Assembly: GCA_964016885.1 (NCBI GenBank)
Contig: OZ024742.1
Span: 307,954,001 to 308,018,000, forward strand
DNA length: 64,000 nt
Source: Eledone cirrhosa
Lineage: Eukaryota
Direction of reading: 5' to 3'
Shown piece by piece: positions 60,700 through 64,000 of this stretch. The translations under genes were made by a program, and so were the position numbers. The notes beneath the pieces are model-generated. The model was given only the letters and a program-made list of their open reading frames with translations, did no database searches and was not told the DNA's origin. Numbering within the stretch: position 1 is the first letter of the stretch; every line of letters begins with the position of its first letter.

Positions 60700-60875
60700 A
60701 CAATTCCATCACCTGCTGAACATATCGTCAAACAGTTTTCGATTGTTAACCTGGGACTTTTAATGATGTTATAAACTTCCCCAAAAGCCGCCTTTCCAAG
60801 CACAATCCTCCATTTGACCTTCGGAAGCAGGACGCCATCTCTTGCAATCTTCTCTCCGAGGTACACATAACCTTA
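60700..60875 (-). pseudogene. Decayed RTE-type RT fragment
   Basis: YVYLGEKIARDG...VKWRIVLGKAAF; compare FQYLGSNISDDG...KLGKAAAVF at 4.85 kb. Confidence 0.65.
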
Positions 60876-62049
60876 TGTTTGTATGTATTATTTATGTATG
60901 TTTTTATGTACCTAGTTTATATATATATATACATATATATAAATATATATAAATATATATAAATATATACATATATATAAATATAAATAAATATATATAT
61001 ATAAATATAAATATATATATATACCTAGATGTTTCCGCATATGTATTATGCTTGTTTAGCCTTTGTATTTAATTCGATATCTCTACTGATGCATAAAAGC
61101 ATCTGCATTTTTACATAGGTTCGTGTTTCTTGAGAACACATAATAATCATTGCCAACGGCGATATTTACATGTTTTGATGTGTTTTCTGACAGAACCATC
61201 AAAGAAATTCTTCGTCTTAGACAGACACAAATATAATTTCTGTCACTAATAAAAAAAATAATAGTAAAATCAACATTCAGAGAGTCTAGCGTATAAACAC
61301 AAATACGAAACGCTATATTGTCTGCTCATCAAAAACTAGAAACATGTCTGGCGTGGTGAAACGAAATATATTTCTCTAAATAACTGTTTGTCTAAAGCAT
61401 GTTGTCTAAAGAATCAGAACTCAGGCTGATGTGCAATTCTATGACAACTTTTCTTATACCGAATTTAAACCTTCGGCTCCCACAATTCACAAAATATTTT
61501 AAAATAAAAATATAACTAATGAGTCCTTGATGATATTCCATTTTCATTTTTTTTATTTTATTTATTTTCTAAATCAGACAAGGGAGGACAGCTTGTATAA
61601 GCATATTTAAGTGTCTCTGAGTCGTGTTGAAAGAAGTTAAGCTTAGACAAGATTCCCGCATATTTGCAGCAAAATGGCTAAAGGAACCATGATTAAGTCT
61701 AACACTCAAGAACAATAATAGCCCATTCGGAGTTCCCACAGTTTTCGACTACCGAATGTGACGTTAAAGGTTTTATTTGGCGTGAATCGTAGTTAGAAAT
61801 TACTTTCGTAGGTCTTTGTGTAGTAGGATCGAACACGAAACTACAAAATAAGGAGAGAACTTCTTACTTATAGGATTCTAACTTATTAAAACTTTACATA
61901 ACATACACCAGAATCAGTTATCACGCAATGTACCAAGAATGTTTCAGAACAACTGTGAATAATCTAGTAAACAAGCGTATAATCTGAAAAAGTGATACAG
62001 AGTTTGTGAGATGATCTAATATAGATTCTTTTAGTATTAAACTTCAAAG

Positions 62050-62290
62050 GTCAGTTAGAATATTAGGATATAGAAGGTGAACTGTGAGGGGCCGTGTCGT
62101 AATCTTGTACTGGTTGTTTTTAACATTCAGTTTCAATGTTCAGTTAGATATATTGGAATATAAAGGTTTATCGGGTTCTTGATCTTATACTGACTCTTTT
62201 AATGTTCATTTTCTGTAAGAAATCTTGAGTATTAGAAGTTGAGCTGTGAGGGGTCGTTATCTTGTACTTGTTTTATACTATTCAGATTCT
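62050..62290. repeat. Three diverged tandem copies of about 85 bp
   Basis: Recurrent TAGAAG.TGA.CTGTGAGGGG and ATCTT(G/A)TACT motifs. Confidence 0.6.
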
Positions 62291-62945
62291 TTTCATACAT
62301 TTTTACATTGGCACAATGCCATGCAGTTCGAAGCAGTTTTATTTGATTAAATTACTAGTACTTACGTCATTGATCACCCTCTAAGTCTACATTTTTTTTG
62401 TTTAATTCAAGGTTTCCTTCTAAATAGTTTGATTTAAGGGAGTTTCTCTTCATACTTGTTCCCTACATCTCAGTGTTGCATTGACAACAATCCTCAGGGC
62501 TAGAATTAGACAAAAAACTCTTGTAAGTGCTTTAGATATTTTCTCAATGTATATTCTTTGTTGCTACTAAATATATTCTTCTGAAAATAATAATGAGCCG
62601 CTATGGATATAATTATGCCCTTAACCCATTTGGGACGGTGCTCTGTTCATATTTCGAAAAGAAATTGACATTGGAGACAACCTGAGCGTAACAAACTCCA
62701 AGTGAGCTATTTTCGTTTGGATATGTATGTATAAGTGTTTGTATATCAATTTTCATGTTTTACCGTAAATGAGACATTGTATCACTATCGTTAAGTAATT
62801 TCTCAAAACAGTTTTGTTTTTCCTTAGAATAACTTTGTTTACACTGGTTTAATGTTTCTGCATTTCGTCCTGCTATAGAATATACTTCTACCGACATGCT
62901 TTGTTGAGTATCTGCGAACAAAGAAAAAAGAGTTGACCTGAAATA

Positions 62946-63159
62946 ATTATGGTTTCTGATATAGGTATAAGGCCATCAATTTTGGGGTAAGGGAAAGTCG
63001 ATTAAATCGACCCCCAGTGCGTACTTTATTTTATCGACCGCGTAAGGATGAAAGTCAAAGGTAACCTCGGCAGGATTTGAAATCACATCATAAAGGAACG
63101 TAACTCTATACTGCAAAGCATGCCGTCCGACCCTCTACCGATTCTGCCAACCCACCGCC
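62946..63159 (-). mobile_element. SINE family 1 (long subtype)
   Basis: Full-length. Flanked by TTGACCTGAAATA at 62933 and 63167. Confidence 0.88.
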
Positions 63160-63183
63160 CTTGAAATTGACCTGAAATATAAT

Positions 63184-63367
63184 TGTTTCTACTTTAGGCA
63201 CAAGGCCAGCAATTACCCAGTGCATTACTGGTACTTTATTTTATCGACCTCGTAAGGATGAAAGGCAAAGTCAACCTCGGCGGGATTTGAACTCAGATCG
63301 TAAAGGGACGTAACTATACTGGAAAGCATGGCGTCCGACCCTCTACCGATACTGCCAATCCACCGCC
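63184..63367 (-). mobile_element. SINE family 1 (short subtype) with a 19-bp target-site duplication
   Basis: AATTGACCTGAAATATAAT at 63165-63183 and 63368-63386. A- and B-box-like motifs present. Confidence 0.92.
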
Positions 63368-63616
63368 AATTGACCTGAAATATAATGAAATACACATTCA
63401 TCTTTCTTTAAATTTATTCTAAAACAAACAACAAATATCATCCAAATTTGTTAAAGGTCAAACAGACGTATCTGTCTGTTAGAGTAAAAAAACAACTCTA
63501 ATAATGGTTGTCGCGTAACACCTGATAGAGTCTCAGGGTCGCCGTATTGACATACGGCATTTCTTGGACACTTTAAACCTGGCGGATTCTATCCCTCTCC
63601 AGACTCCAATAATACA

Positions 63617-63650
<34 letters not shown>

Positions 63651-63668
63651 GTGTGTGTGTGTGTGTGT

Positions 63669-63751
<83 letters not shown>

Positions 63752-64000
63752 CAGGGGTTGGAGAAAATAATGGAAACACCTTAAAATTTCAAACAAATTT
63801 ATTTTAATATGGAGGTAGGACCGGATTTGTGCAGCACCCGGCGAATAGTTTTTGTGGAAACTGGGTTCTCGAGGTGGTTCTTAAGCTCTGCTCTAATTTT
63901 GGAAGCTCTACTTTTGTGATCCTTTCTAACAATTCGCGTAAGAATCCGACGGTCCCTATCTGAAAGTTTTGGTTTTTCTTCCGGTGTTTTGTTTCGACGA
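63752..64000 (-). mobile_element. Tc1-like DNA transposon, internally deleted, running off the window edge
   Basis: TA followed by the TIR-like CAGGGGTTGGAGAAAATAATGGAAACACC. The minus strand encodes GRKPKLSDRDRRILTRIVRK...IRAEL...VSTKTIRRVLH (Tc1 HTH region) directly beside the TIR, so the DDE domain is missing. Confidence 0.85.

Overview
AT-rich, repeat-dominated eukaryotic (animal) DNA. The SINE and microsatellite content resembles cephalopod (octopus-like) genomes, but that is inference. I see no host protein-coding gene, rRNA, true tRNA gene or CRISPR array, and most ORF-track entries are microsatellite translations. The window is a nest of retroelements sitting in or next to (TA)n arrays: several Penelope-like elements (PLEs; RT + GIY-YIG), two CR1-group LINE copies, RTE LINEs, a CRE-type RLE fragment, many tRNA-derived SINEs, and hAT and Tc1 remnants. 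The hidden signal is non-coding. Read by eye, the window holds about ten different type I hammerhead ribozyme (HHR) sequence families, some apparently intact and some decayed, plus a twister ribozyme at the very 5' end of an RTE. In three elements the 5' boundary falls at or within a few nt of the predicted self-cleavage site. Non-coding HHR-bearing units of about 480-550 bp (retrozyme-like) occur in tandem and head-to-head arrays. One PLE family carries a variant HHR core (CUGAGAAG) and has fixed asymmetric termini in four insertions of 0.19-2.1 kb. All RNA structures were folded by eye and none has been tested.
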